Shown here: positions 1-13,554 of the stretch, in pieces
Numbering within the stretch: the first letter of the stretch is position 1
Layout: each line of letters begins with the position of its first letter
NCBI GenBank assembly: GCA_951406725.2
Contig: OX597815.1
Coordinates: 191,766,001-191,830,000 of the forward strand
Source of the DNA: Octopus vulgaris
Lineage: Eukaryota
Direction: 5' to 3'
Length of the DNA: 64,000 bases
The notes under the pieces: model-generated
What the model saw: only the letters and a program-made list of their open reading frames with translations
The model's database searches: none
Told to the model about the DNA's origin: nothing
Program-made: the position numbers and the translations under genes

Positions 1-89
1 TGGAACTATCGTGAGAAATTCCAGTGGACTTTCGAACTGAACTGAGATCAATACCTGTTCTAGGGAAAGGTTAGGGAAGATCCCTCGAT

Positions 90-1845
90 TAACTACATGA
101 GGAAGCTGAAAGAATTTTGGGATAAGATATACCCAACATACTCTTTTACTCTTTTACTTGTTTCAGTCAATTGACTGAGGCCATGCTGGAGCACCGCCTT
201 TACTAAAATTTTTCAGAGAAACAATAGCGCCAACACCTTACCGAACAAAATCACTCAGCTAAAATGTACAAATGATAATATTTGTATTAACAACACAGTA
301 AACTTCTTCCGTGTGAAGGCTGTCAATGGCAAAGAACACGACCAAGATGAACGCAACAACAAAATCGCCGCCATTACATGGATATGTGGTAGCTGCTTAT
401 GATCTCACAAAAACAAGTGGGGAATATAAAATATTAAAATCACAGCTTGCATCGAAGTTCAAGCAGATCTTTATTATTAATAGACAAGGCACTGCATGAA
501 AGGACGATTCCGAAATTGCGAGAGAACATCTTGCTCAAGTCTTTATTCTCGGCTTTTAAGCAATAAATGTCCTGCTTTATTATACCACAGTACACCAACG
601 GACTAAGTATATATATATATATAAATAAATAAAGAGGGCGGTTGGACACTATTATCGGATGCAAAGCTAAGAATGAATTTTCGAATCACCAGCTGTGATT
701 ATATGGTAGATTCTCCAAATTGTATAGGAACTGGCACTGATAAACTCACGCAAGCAAACTTACCGCCCTCAAACACGATATATAAGTGGTAAGTGTAAAA
801 CTTTGCTACTGTAAAAAAATTATATGGATAAAATATGATAAACTACAAGTTTGCCCGAAAGTCGCACGCCGTACATCGCAGTATGGAAGCCCATATCAAC
901 AAGTAGAAAGTGCCCCTCTCCGGGAGGAACTAGAGTCACCTAGGCAGGGAATATGGGATGTAAACAAAGAACACAATCGTAATACAGTATGGTTAAACGA
1001 ACTACGAAGTGAGTAAAGTGTCAACGCCTCTCCCATAATACATAACACCACCAGTGAAACTCTCATAACGGGGGAAAGATTGCCAACCGTACAGAAAGTA
1101 TGAACAGCGATGGGATCTTTTCACTTTGACCGGCAGATTTTTATGATAATTTCTTTGTAACTAAACACTTTTAAATTTCGTATACTGGTAAAATGTGTTA
1201 CATAAAACATCTTTTTCTCTTGGCTTTCTTGAGAAAATTCTGTAGTTTGTAAGCTATTTGTTGTTAAATTTCTTGCATTTCGGCAATTTCAACCAATCAA
1301 TGACGTCTATTGAGGTGAATACAATTTCTGCGGTTGTTTGTCAACAACAATTTCTTGCGGTGTCATATCAGTGTGTCGCTGTTATTTATGAGAAAAAATA
1401 TACCTTTATCCCCTGCCGGTCAAAGATCCCAGCGATGTCTTGTCTGTTTTCCTTACCTCTGATAGTGAAAACTATAAGTATTTTAGATCGATGAAAATGT
1501 TGCATACGTTGGTGCAGTGAGCAAAGCCAGAATAACAAAAGAGTACTTCTGTAGATTCCAGAAAATATGGAACTCAGAGTTGTCTGCATTTAACAAGACC
1601 ATATTTCACAATGCTTTTGCAGTGCCAGTGCTAGTACCAGAATTTGGGATATTGAACTGGACACTCGATGAGATACGCAACCTGGACATCAGAACTAGAA
1701 AGATACTGATCACCACTGGCAACTTCCATATCAACAGCGACTTCAATAGGATCTATGTGAGATGAAATCTTGGTGGTAGAGGCATAAGATCAGTTCGAAC
1801 AGCCTTTGAATGTCGTATTGTATCACTCAAACTACACCTGTTGAA
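90..1845 (+). mobile_element. Decayed R4/Dong-clade non-LTR retrotransposon, internally deleted and interrupted by a SINE tail and a MITE
   Basis: About 920-1010 reads APLREELESPRQGIWDVNKEHNRNTVWLNEL (P..EE.E.FW..IW...HN..A.WL pattern). 1517-1840 reads NKTIFHNAFAVPVLVPEFGILNWTLDEIRNLDIRTRKIL...HINSDFNRIYVR*NLGGRGI, the post-RT segment typical of R4/Dong. Stops and frameshifts throughout. Confidence 0.8.
1112..1430. mobile_element. MITE with GGGATC termini and 6-bp TSD
   Basis: Left end GGGATCTT(TTCACTT)TGACCGGCAG, right end CTGCCGGTCAAAGATCCC. AGCGAT is directly repeated at 1106-1111 and 1431-1436. Confidence 0.75.
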
Positions 1846-1847
1846 CA

Positions 1848-2205
1848 GCGGCGAGTTGGCAGAATCGTTAGCACGCCGGGCGAAATACTTAGCGGTATTT
1901 CGTCTGCCGTTACGTTCTGAGCTCAAATTCCGCCGACTAAATAATCGACTAAATCCGTTTGTCTGTCCTTGTTTGTCTCCTCTGTGTTTAGCCCGTTGTG
2001 GGTAGTAAAGAAATAGGTATTTCGCCTGCCGTTACGTTCTGAGTTCAAATTCCGCCGAGATCAACTTTGCCTTTCATCCTTTCGGGGTCGATTACATAAG
2101 TACCAGTTACGCACTGGGGTCAATATAATCGACTTAATCCGTTTGTCTGTCCTTGTTTGTCCTCTCTGTGTTTAGCCCGTTGTGGGTAGTAAAGAAATAA
2201 GAAAT
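1848..2205 (+). mobile_element. Multimeric tRNA-headed SINE (family B), dimer, first unit partly deleted
   Basis: Head GGCGAGTTGGCAGAATCGTTAGC, B-box GAGTTCAAATTCC, body CTTTGCCTTTCATCCTTTCGGGGTCGAT. Same sequence as the copies at 24942 and 27536. Confidence 0.85.
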
Positions 2206-2884
2206 GAATATATTACATGCATACTCAAAAGTGAGAGCAACATCTTTACAGTTGGAGAACTGCTGTGCAGGTATTCTTACGTAAATCTTAAAGAAACACA
2301 CACACTTACAAACACACACGCACACACTTATGAATACACTCACACACATACACACACATTAAAGATATTCACGAAACTCAAACTAGTAACAACGAGTAAG
2401 CCTAGCACTACATTAAATGCTTATACTCTACATACTGTATTGAGTACAATTTTATTCTTGCATACAAATTCACACACACACGTAGCTATGCCGAACATCT
2501 TGATTATTCAGAGTCCTGCCCGCAAAAATAAGGAAATATCTTGTCGTTTCATGGTCGAATCGTCTGTTGTTAAACTACCAGCTCCAACTCGTTGGCTTCT
2601 TGGAATAATTTGAGAGAGATTAGCGTAACAACCATTAAAATAACAGCTGTCAAAGCAGTGGTGCAACTTGTCATCGTACCAATGTATTAAGAAAAGTATT
2701 TACGGTGGATCTTTAATAAAACTGTGGCACTGTTCTCTCTCTCTGTACTCAAACAGGCCTTCCACCTTTCAGCTCACTTCTACGGATGCTCTTCCAGAGT
2801 CATTATAAGGAAGTACTATTCAAGGACTGGGGTCGATGTCATCGATTCGCCTTCTCTGTTTATAATTGTTAGTGTCTAAATTAG

Positions 2885-3110
2885 GAGGCGCATGGCTTGG
2901 TGGTTAGGGTGTTGGACTCATAGATGCAAGACTCTGTGGTTTCGATTCCGGGACCAGGCGATGCGTTGTGTTCTTGATCAAAACACTTTATTTTATGTTG
3001 CTCCAGTACACGTAACTAACAAAAATTAATAATCTTGTGATGGACTGTGGCCCCATTCGGGGAGGAATATATACGCTAGAGAAACTGAGAAACCGGTCCT
3101 GTACACCTTA
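2885..3110 (+). mobile_element. Old tRNA-headed SINE with V-like 3' part
   Basis: GGCGCATGGCTTGGTGGTTAGG head, GGTTTCGATTCC B-box, and GTGATGGACTG..CCCATTC..GAAACTGAGAAACCGG similar to the 24501 copy. Confidence 0.6.
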
Positions 3111-3521
3111 CGGAGTTAATATTACTAACCAAATTAAAAATTATTATTATTATTTAGGTCGTACTCAAACAACTCGTCCAGTGGTTCCCCTTTATATCTT
3201 GCTAGCTCAACACCGCTTCCATATTTTTCTGTATTTCATTCACGTATTTTGGTGTGGGATACCTTTTCTCTCGATGCCTTTGCGTTGGCTCCCATAAGTA
3301 CCTGTTGTTTGGTTGGGAGCTCACGATGTCTCTGATGGTGACTAGTCAACCTCATTCTTATTTTCTCTTTTTATATACTAATCAAAGTCATTATCGAATG
3401 ACCTCGTGGTTTCGGTTCCATATTCTAACACCCAATGGCGAGCCACGAATGGTAATGAGGGCAAATTTGAGACATTTGGCTTCAAAAACACACATTGGCG
3501 GCAAATTGTTTTTATGCTGTA

Positions 3522-3917
3522 CTAGCAGTATAGCCCGGCGTTACTCGGGTTTGTTTCGACCCTTTAGAATTGGAATTTTTGAAAAGTAAAAATTTTGCAT
3601 TATGTAGCTTGTTATTCTCTTTAAGTGAACATTTTTCTGGTTGAAATACACAGAAAAATGGCGACACAGCAGTCAAAAAATCGTAAAAAATAGGGATTTT
3701 CATAGGAAAAAGCACGTTTTTGATGTAAATAATTTTTAGTGTTAACAAGGTCCGATTTGAATTTTTTCTTCTACTGAAGGAAGAGCAAGCCTTCTATCAT
3801 ATTCTCAATTTTGGTCAACTTGCACCGCAGACCTCGGAGGGTGTTAGTTGAAGGCTACCAAGCCTTCCACACACACACACACACACACAACCTCAACTTT
3901 ATATATATATATATAGA
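3522..3917 (-). mobile_element. Non-autonomous Helitron
   Basis: On the minus strand it starts TC and ends CTAG, sits between A and T, and has a subterminal hairpin CCCGAG..GCCGGG. Near-identical copy at 22104. Confidence 0.8.
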
Positions 3918-4069
3918 TTTAGCAGTTGCTTTCGGAACGTTGTAACTCTGTTTAGGGAAAATGCTGCTGGGAAGTATCTAGAAAGGCTGGTCGAAAAACC
4001 ACTTATCTCCAGCTTTCCTGATCAGACAACTGCATCCAGTATAAACATTTTGTGGTCGCAACAACCATA

Positions 4070-4230
4070 AAGCGAGCTGGCAGAAGCGTTAGAACGCCGT
4101 ACTAAATGCTTAGCAGTTTTTCGTCCTTCTTTACTGAGTTTAAATTTCGCCGAGGTCGTCTGTGCCTTTCATCGTTTCGGGGTCGATAAATAAATACCAG
4201 TTCAGCACCGGAGTCGATGTAATCAGCTTG
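4070..4230 (+). mobile_element. SINE family B monomer fragment
   Basis: GCGAGCTGGCAGAAGCGTTAG head and GCCTTTCATCGTTTCGGGGTCGATAAA body. Confidence 0.75.
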
Positions 4231-4504
4231 ATTACTCCTGGGTATAAGTATAAAAAAGAAAAATCTGCATCCCTCTGCCTAACCTTGTCGCGTGTGCCAC
4301 TGTGGAAGAGTAGGCTCATAAAACAGGTATGATCTCAAGTCATTCTCTGGTGATGAGAACATGCCGAGCCCCCGCCGCCCTTCTGCAGAGGACTGAACAT
4401 GGATAATCTAATCCAAGCCAACAGTTATTTAAAATATCGAACTGCTCTTTTGATCATAGAACAAGAAATACTCAAACTTTACAAGGCAAAAGAAACGTCA
4501 ACAG

Positions 4505-5330
4505 CCAAGAGCATCAAACTGCTCTCATCGCCCAGAAACTGGCAAAATTCAACGTTGGAATCAGACTAGGAGACGATGATTAAGTAACAGAGACTGTTTT
4601 CTGTTACAGTTTCTTCTGGAAAGAGCTACTTCAAGACTGAAAAGCATTTTCATGAAGTGGTAATTTTCTGTAGAATCGAAGTCAGTGAAAGATGTGAACG
4701 AGGCCCATTTATATTAACGAAAAGATCGCCATATTGGAAAAAGCTTTCAAAGATTGTTAGCTAATTGTCATCAGTGCATATGCACTAAGATGCAGTGCAA
4801 GCGATGAGGACAGGTTAGGTTTCTACAGCGTCCTTCCACGTGTCTTTACGACGCTTCTATATCCGTTGACATAGCCCAAAGGGGTGTACGTCAACGCCCG
4901 AGTGGGTAGAGACTCCATAATATAGAAGGATATCACTGGAAACCGAAAATTCAGCAACATCCTTCACCTTGAATTAATTAACCATCACCGATGTCCTCTC
5001 CATGCTCAAGTCGAAAGTTTAAATACAAAACAAGCTGGATGTATTCTCGATCACATCGCCAGTTGCCGTAATCTGACTGAATACAAGTTTGCGTAAAGGA
5101 GAGACGAAAGCGATTTCAGTAACACCGAAGCAATGACAACCACTGACAAACATTAAACTGAACATCGTCTTGTCACATCACATCACATCACATTAATGAA
5201 TGAAATGCAAACACGAGCCGTTGTTGAATAAATTGAATGTCCAAGTAAGATTCTGGGTTTCGCCAGACATTTAAACAAAATCGAAAACGAAATCTAAACG
5301 CTAGCATCTCGAACCAATCAGATTTGGTGT
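4505..5330 (+). mobile_element. RTE-clade LINE remnant, AP-endonuclease region
   Basis: Ordered peptide remnants TALIAQKLAKFNV, YSFFWK, INEKIAIL, VISAYA, DEDRLGFYS and VNARVGRD match the RTE APE domain. Heavily frameshifted. Confidence 0.75.
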
Positions 5331-5337
5331 TTCGATG

Positions 5338-5483
5338 AAATGGCTTGAAAACTGCAAAGCTTTCTCCAGCTTGAAAATGGCTTAAAAACTGCAAAGCTTT
5401 CTCCAGCTTGAAAATGGCTTGAAAACTGCAAAGCTTTCTCCAGCTTGAAAATGGCTTGAAAACTGCAAAGCTTTCTCCAGCTG
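5338..5483. repeat. 37-bp tandem repeat x4
   Basis: Unit AAATGGCTTGAAAACTGCAAAGCTTTCTCCAGCTTGA; TGG recurs at 5341, 5378, 5415 and 5452. Confidence 0.95.
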
Positions 5484-5965
5484 AATCAGAACTGGGGAAT
5501 CTCGAACCGTAACTCTTTCTTCTTATTTAATAATCTGAGATATGTTTTCTAGCGGTGTTTTCCTATCGTTTTGACCTCTCATATATTTTACTAACTCGTC
5601 TGTAATTTCCTCTCTTATACCTGTTGGTTCGATGTAGAACGATGCTGAAATCTGCAAGTTCATCTACAAGATGAAATGACAGATCTCTTGCAAATCCAAC
5701 AAGATTTTCTTGGGGAAAAACGGCCCTAGATCCAAAACCAAGGAAGACAGCGCTCCACATTTCAAGGCGGATGTTCAATCATAGATCAGTTGAATTCAAA
5801 ACGAATAGGAGCCCAAAAGCTGTTTTGAGCCACGCCATTCATTATTTCAAGTGTGTTTTCTATTAACCTGCCATGGCAGTGACAACAACAATAAAAGCTG
5901 AATATGTACGTATTTTGATAGATGACACAACATTCTTGTTCTATTGGTTTAAATATTCAACAAAC

Positions 5966-6335
5966 AGGCGTTGTTGTGTTCTAAGACGTTTGCTCCCCGA
6001 CCACATGGTACCGGGTTCAGTCCCACTGAATGGTACCTTCGGCCAATATCTTGTACTTGTAGCCTAAAGCCGACCAAAGCCTTGTGAGTGGATTTGGTAG
6101 GAAGAAACTGACAGAGACCTGTCATGTGTGTGTCTGTTTGTGTCCATCCCCTACAACTGATGTTGGTGTGTTACACGTCCCCGTAACTTAGCGGTTCGGA
6201 TAGAGAGACCGATAGAATAAGTACCAGGTTTGATAAAAGAGATAAGTACTGGGATTGGTCCCGTCAACTCAAATTCTTCAGGGAGGCGCCTCAACATGGC
6301 TGCAGTTTAATGACGGAAACAAGTAAGAGATAAAA
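5966..6335 (+). mobile_element. CORE-like SINE (family A), diverged copy
   Basis: GGTTCAGTCCC B-box, GCCTTGTGAGTGGATTTGGTAG body, CATGGCTGCAGT..GAAACAAGTAA tail. Confidence 0.85.
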
Positions 6336-6731
6336 AAAAAAGTTAAACTACCGAACAGATCGACTGCCTTTGATAATTATCACATTGTTGATCTTCGTCT
6401 GTTCTCCAAGCAGCTGTGGATGTCAGCACCTATAATTCTCAAGGAAGTTAGATATTAACATTTGCCAGATGTGTGACAACAAAGCTTCTGTTCAGATGCT
6501 GTGCTGTACGAAACATAGGAGGAATATCTTTGAAAGTTTATCTTCATCAGTTCATTCTAGAATTGGGAAAGAAGATCTGTTTGCAGAGATTTTAAAGATT
6601 TTGATATTGTGATGCTCTGTTCGGAAAACGTGGTCTCCGAATATAAAGAAACTACAGAAGAATCTCTCTGCTATCATCGGCTGGTATCGTCTTGTCCTGA
6701 TTACAGCTGAGTCATTCCAGCTTGTCTAAAC

Positions 6732-7064
6732 CTCTGATTCTCAACCATTTTTTTTTATCTGTGGACCCCTTTGATTACCATTTTATTCTGGTAGACCTCC
6801 ATAGCCATTTGATGTTTAAAAGCTAGTTTTAGAGTTAATTCTTTCGAAATTCCTATTTTGTTTATCGTACATTCCATTGTATACGCAGAACGATGTAAAA
6901 TGCCAGAGAAAGCTGTTTATTGCAATAAACACATTAAACGCAAAGCTTTTTCATGGACCCATAAAATACTGCTTGTTGGCCCAATCTACAAATTTGCTTA
7001 TGTGGACCTCCAAAAATCTCAATTGGACCCAAGGGGTTATATGGATCCCGACTAAGAACCTCTG
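6732..7064. mobile_element. hAT (Charlie-like) MITE, old
   Basis: Degenerate CAGTGGTTCTCAACC-type TIRs; flanks GTCTAAAC and ATCTAAGC match at 6/8. Related copy at 18520-19094 and a right end near 38143. Confidence 0.6.
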
Positions 7065-7119
7065 ATCTAAGCAAAACTATAAGCCGGATGTAGTTTCTGT
7101 CTTCAATGAAATACAAATG

Positions 7120-7600
7120 ACATGACTATTCCTGCCAAAAACTTCAAGAATAGATGAGGAGGCACCAAAAATCCACCTTTTTCATATACTGTGATCTGGT
7201 TACATCCTTTGGCACAATGATAAGGCTCATCGTCAGAACAGGTGTCCCCAAACCTTTTAGACCATCGACCCTTTCATGGAATCCTTGACCCCTCATCGAC
7301 CCTGGCATGTACAAGAAAATAAATATATACTACTAATAATAAATAAGTAGATGTGCATTAATCGACTCCTTGAATAATCACATCGACCCCCCCCCCCCAG
7401 GGGTCAATATCGGTCCCTTTGGAGACCCCCTGGTCTAGAAAGTACTCTCTTTGAGAAATCTGGATATCTTTGAGTTCAGCCAAATTATTCAATTGCTTTA
7501 TATCGACATGACAGATCGAATGTCATCCTACGGTGAAATTTCTCCTGAATTTGATATCAACAATAGTATTAAGAAAGGCTGCGTATTTGCACCCACCAGA
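7120..7600 (+). mobile_element. RTE reverse-transcriptase remnant interrupted by a MITE
   Basis: About 7550-7598 reads FDINNSIKKGCVFAPT (consensus F.I.NGVKQGCVLAPT). A DLVTSFGT remnant of DLTKAFDT lies near 7195. Confidence 0.6.
7239..7432. mobile_element. hAT MITE
   Basis: TIRs CAGGTGTCCCCAAAC and TTTGGAGACCCCCTG; flanks GTC-AGAA and GTCTAGAA. Confidence 0.7.
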
Positions 7601-8386
7601 CATGTGGGGATGTAAAAGAGGATTGCACGAATGTGGGCATTGAAGAAAGGAACTGTCGTCCTGGGAACATTAACGATCAAGTTTGAGAAGTTTGCTGGAG
7701 ACATTGAGATTGACATGAGGGTAGATCATGATCAGAAAACTGCTTTATTGAGGACAGTGAGGACTTTGAGACTGGTACTTGGGTGTTAAGTATTGTGGAA
7801 AGAGATCCTGTGAGATCCTTGACAGCACGTTGTTGTCTGGTAATACAAAATTAGCTGGGGCAAGTAAAATGGAAGAGCTTTGAAAATGAAAGAAAAAAAA
7901 ATAATAATACAAGGAATGTGCTCGACCATGGATTCAACGTCAATTTTGTAATCTACGTTTCTTCTCAAATATCAGAAAATATCAGTCGTAAAAACGGAAA
8001 CAACATCGATTTAGAGGCCTTGGATACATTCTCGACAACGAGGAATTATTGATGTATATGTGTCAGTACATATGTAAGCATGGTACCCCCCCACACACAC
8101 ATATTTGACCTAGGAGTGGTTAAATAACGGCAACAAAAATGATAATAGTTAAAAAATAAATAAATCTTTGAGGTCGCTCGAAAATATGCAAAAATATAAC
8201 AGCTAAATTCATATATCATATCGTATCTCTTTAAAATAGGGGGGACACACTAGAAAATGGGGTCTGGTGTGTGTGGTCTGTATCTGCAGGGTTAGGGTTA
8301 CAAGATAATCAAGGTTAGTTAGAACGTCTTTGATCATAAGTCTGCTAGATCTCGGAACTCATTTGGGTTAAATAGCAACAACAATA

Positions 8387-8549
8387 GGCGTAGGAGTGGC
8401 TGTGTGGTAAGTAGCTTGCTTACGAACCACATGGTCCCGGGTTCAGTCCCACTGCGTGGCACCTTGGGCAAGTGTCTTCTACTATAGCCTCGGGCCGACC
8501 AAAGCCTTGTGAGTGGATTTGGTAGACGGAAACTGAAAGAAGCCCGTCG

Positions 8550-8584
<35 letters not shown>

Positions 8585-8800
8585 TTGTGTGTGTCTGTGT
8601 TTGTCCCCCCCCCAACATCGCTTGACAACCGATGCTGGTGTGTTTACGTCTTCGTAACTTAGCGGTTCGGCAAAAAGAGACCGATAGAATAAGTACTAGG
8701 CTTACAAAGAATAAGTCCCGGGGTCGATTTGCTCGACTAAAAAGGCGGTGCTCCAGCATGGCCACAGTCAAATGACTGAAACAAGTAAAAGAGTAAAGAG
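8387..8800 (+). mobile_element. CORE-like SINE (family A), full length
   Basis: tRNA-like head (TGGCTGTGTGG, GGTTCAGTCCC), CORE-like ACCTTGGGCAAGTGTCTT, internal (TA)n(TG)n, GTAAAAGA tail. AACAACAA occurs on both sides. Confidence 0.9.
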
Positions 8801-8809
8801 AACAACAAG

Positions 8810-8863
<54 letters not shown>

Positions 8864-9406
8864 TCCTTCTTGGAATTGGATGCCAAAGCACGTATAAAGC
8901 TGCATATGATAGCATGTAAAAATTGGGTTGTATGTATGTATGGTATAGCATCATTAATCTGAATTGAATTAGTGCATTCAATCCTCCAAAAGCAGGGCGT
9001 GGAATATATCAGAATAACACAGACTAACTGCTAATTGACGGGCTATAAATTACACGGGAACAAGTGTTGTTTACAAATATGGATTATTCTTGGTTAAAGC
9101 GACGCTGTCAATGCCAATTGTATAGGCGCGCTAACCAGGCTGTGACGGCCAAGCCTCACGCTGATTGGTTGAAATACAGTTCGTAGGATACGGCTTGCTG
9201 AAGTCTACTGGAAAATGTTTAAAAAAAACCAAAAACAAATTCAAGCATTCCATTACAGTAATCAATTGTGAAGCAACTATCGTTTTATGCTGCTACTATA
9301 CAAACCTGAAGATTGCGAACAACATAAAAGTACTTCTCTTATCATAATATGTAAAATTGTAGAAAATACGAAAATATAACATAAATACCGGACAATGTTG
9401 GAATTT

Positions 9407-9442
<36 letters not shown>

Positions 9443-10945
9443 TATATAAACAGCGAAACTGGGCTTAATTCCTCACTACCAATAGAACCCTAAATAACTA
9501 CGACTACGATTGGATATAACGTCGATATATTGAAGAGTACAAAACACATTAAAGAATCTCCAGAGAGAATATATAAACTACTACATAAACAAAGCAAACC
9601 AGATACAGACGTCCCATCATCAGCAGTTCTATTAGAAATCTCTGTAGTTTCGGCATTGTGTCTGTGTATACATATATTTATGTGTGTGTAGGAGTGGGTG
9701 GGTGGGTATAAGAGCCTAAAAGAGGAAGGAACAAAATAAAGATGTGTACATTTACTTTTAACACGTTCCTGCAAAACGCTTTTGGTGCGTGATTTTGTCA
9801 GAGAAAACCCTTCCCCGCCACCAAAAAAAAAAAAATAAAGAAAAAACAGACTAAATTTTTTTCTCATGAAAATATTGTTGCGATTTGGAAATAAAAACTA
9901 ATATTGAGATGTATATTTCAACATATATATCTTAATTTTATCTTGAAATGTCTCCTCTTTTTGGCTGTTCATATAAATGATTATATGATTACTGTAAACA
10001 CTTCGCTAATCGCTTTTACATTAAATGTATACTTGGTAATAGCAGTGAGGAATCTATTCAAAAATATATATATATATGTATGTGTATACATATACATACT
10101 TAAACGTATGTACACCCACGTCTATAGGAATTTAGACAGTTGAGAGGCTTCTAATTGCGTACGTGTATAAACAAATATGAACGCTATCAAATGATCGATA
10201 CACACACTTTTGAATTTTATAGTTATTATTGGAGTACATTGACACACAGACACACACACGTACGGACTCATGCGCATACATATTCATGTTATGATATACA
10301 TATATATACAAATGTACGTATGTAATTTCTTTAATAGAGTGCCATGAAATAAAATGTGTCTAAAACTTAACACAAATACGAGACAAACGATGTCCCTCAC
10401 GCACACAATCCTAATTATGTAATGACACCAAGGAAAAGGCATAAATATTCTGACTTTAATAACATGAAATTTATTGTAAATAAAAGCTGCACAAGCACGA
10501 ATAAATACATACATATACATACATACATAAAAATGTGTGTGTGTATATATGACATGGTTGAAAGGAATGGAGAATTTGTACTTGTCTAACGTGGAAAAAT
10601 ATCAGCTATTTTATTTAATTATATTTACAACGAATTTCATGCATCAATTTAGAATTTTTATAATGAATTAAAATTCATTATTTACTTCTATCTCGTAATT
10701 AATACTCATTGTTTTATTCTGAGTAGGCACTGCCTGTGTTGTCCAATACAAAGAACACGTTCCTCACACACGCGCACGCCTGCCCCCACTCCCCCCTCGC
10801 CCCCACATACAGACACATGTTTGTGTATGATTGTGTGTGTGTGGTGTGTGTGCGTGTTTGTGCGAGTGTATTCGTTTCGTTTCGTTTGGTTTTATAGCAA
10901 AGGATAGCTTTCTTATTACATATATACAATTTTTATTTTGTGTGA

Positions 10946-10989
<44 letters not shown>

Positions 10990-10991
<2 letters not shown>

Positions 10992-11362
10992 GTGGTTGTG
11001 TGGCAAGATGCTTGCTTCCCAACCACATGGTTCCGGGTTCAGTCCCTCTGCGTGGCACCTTCGTCAAATGTCATTTGCTATAGCCTTGAGCCGACCAAAT
11101 GCTTGTGAGTAGATCTGGTAGACAAAAACTGAAAGAAGCCCGTCGTATGTGTATACGCCAACCATTGCTTGACAACCGATGTTAGTTTGTTTACGTCCCT
11201 GTAACTTTGTCTTTCGGCCAAAGAGACCGACAGACCGGCAGAATAAGTACTAAGCTTACAAACAATAATTCCTGGTGTTGATTTCTTCGACTAAAATCCC
11301 TTTAAAGCAGTGCTCCATCATGGCCGCAGTCAAATGGCTGAAACAAGTAAAAAAATAAAAGA
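10990..11362 (+). mobile_element. SINE family A
   Basis: Colinear with 8387-8800. Confidence 0.85.
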
Positions 11363-11599
11363 TATATATGTATGTATGTATATGTATATATATTTATATA
11401 ACAAAAATCTATCACGCACTTTGATTTTTGTTATATTTCGCTCTTATTGAGCACTAATTAGGTGCGCTACAACAAAGGTTTTCCCTTCTTCTTCTTCTCT
11501 CTCTCTATATATATATATATGTATATATATTATATCTATGAATATATATGTGTGTGAAAATAATTACATAAAAAATACGCTTCTTCTATGTCTACCTTC

Positions 11600-12640
11600 A
11601 GTAAATATGGCCTTGGCCAAGCGGAATTGATGTTGTGTCCAACGTTTATTGGTCGTTTTCACCCAGCACCGTAACATCCTGTAGTTAAGACTTACAGTAC
11701 TGGACAAATGATTGCTCATCAACTCCATGTGGCTTCCAGTTTAGGTCTTCGTCTCTGCTCCATAAAGAACAAAGGGCCCTTTTTCCTGCCTTCGTCATTT
11801 TACGAGCATCCAGCTGTCTTCCTCTCTTTAGCCCTCATTCGAATGGCTTCGTGCTTTCTTCTTACTGACTGGTCAAGAAATACTCTACAGTCGACTTCGA
11901 GTAGAGATAGCCACACCTGCAATCCTTTCTCCGTGAAAGTTTTAAAAGGTTCTAGTGTTCTTCCATTTGCAAGCTTGTTCGCATACTTCTTATGGGACGG
12001 ACTATGGTTTCTCAGGGGCCTTATGAGTCTAGGGGTCCAATTCCGATCTTTGAATGCTGTGGCTTATCAATAAATAAATAAAACAATAGTACTCAGTGCA
12101 CTGATTTGCACAGGGTCTTTTAATACTGTTAAGACGGTTCTCTCCGTGGGTTCGTTCAGTCAAGATCAAGGGTGAACTGAGCCGTCGGTCAATCGGAGGG
12201 CCCGGAGCTCTGAGGAGCCCACACTCTACATGTTAACTTTACTAAATCAGTACTAAGGAGCTCTGTAAACAGTTACGCCCGAGGGCCCTAAATACTCTCA
12301 GTCCGCTCCCTGGTCAAGATGAGCTTCGCCTCTTTTGACCACAAAGCTACGTCTGCAACCTTTTTTTATAACCCACAATTTGGCCCATTGTATCAAATTA
12401 TTTGTTGTTTTTGCTGTTAATAATCGCTTTTCTCGCTTCCTCACGAACTTCATTGATGCTATTGGTTTCCTCTCTGAGGTTCGACGTTTCTTGCGTCTCT
12501 CTTACTCCAGGGCTTTAGCGAGTGTCATGAACTCCTTGTCATAGTTCCATCTGTATCCCTCTTGGGTGAATGCTCTTTGACTCATTCTCGCGTCATTCCA
12601 TGACTTTATAGACCTCGGGCCAGTGTACTATCTGAACTTT
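11600..12640 (-). mobile_element. Probable decayed LINE fragment (ORF1 end / ORF2 start)
   Basis: Complex non-microsatellite sequence that is A-rich on the minus strand. SLNYRMLR near 11690 weakly resembles the SLN.RGLR start of L1/Tx1 endonucleases. Confidence 0.3.
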
Positions 12641-13554
12641 CCCCTATAGTTCCTGTATATATTTAATATACGTTCATTAAACATATAAAAACATATACAT
12701 AAAATGTTATTTGTATTGCCTTTGCCGCAAAGGGAAAAATCCTTCTTCTCCTGCTCATCACGATTATTATTTATAAATCCTCCTCATCATCATCATAATC
12801 AACACCACCACCGTCAACTCATGCTCATCGTTAGATAAGCGTCGGACAATATGCTTTTTGGTGTTTCTTCCGGCTATCTACATTCTGAGTCCAAATACCG
12901 CCAAGATTAGCTTCGACTTTCATCCTTTCGAGATCGATAAAATAAAGTTCCAAATCGAGTACTGAGGTTGCTGCTATCGACAACTCTTCTTCCCCTCAAA
13001 ATTATTGGCACTGTACCTAAATTAGAAGCCATCATCACCATTGTCGTCGTCATCATCGTCATCATCATCATCATCATCATCGTCGCCATCATCATCTTTA
13101 TCCTTCATCCTTATTATCTTCTCCCTTCTTCATTATCATCATCATCATCGTCGTCGTCATTGCTGTCATCATCATCATCGTCGTCATCATCATCCCGTTT
13201 CATTAATTTCTTATAACATATTAGTGGGAAGACGAGATAACATGTCCTATACTTCAACGCATTCACCCTGACATCATTTACCAGAGTGGAAATGGTAATT
13301 ATTCGGTGACTGTAGACGATAACCTAATTTCACTCGCTTTTTTAATGTTACATATATATATATATATATCTATATAAAAATATATGTGTGTGTGTGTGTG
13401 TGCCTGTGTGTAAGAATTTCACACATGTGTGTTTGTGTGTATGTATGTATGCATGCATGTGTCCTCAAGATTGTCTGAAACACACCGTAATAATATAGTA
13501 AGAGTCGTTATATACCCACCTCTATTTCTCTATTTATGTCTCATATATATATAT

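Noticed and set aside
4360-4420. Possible HDV-like ribozyme upstream of the RTE remnant
   Set aside because: I could not build the nested double pseudoknot by eye.
8334-8981. Recurrent peptides such as MPKVPRSGTEPGTMW and AMLEHRL
   Set aside because: They are translations of SINE family A.
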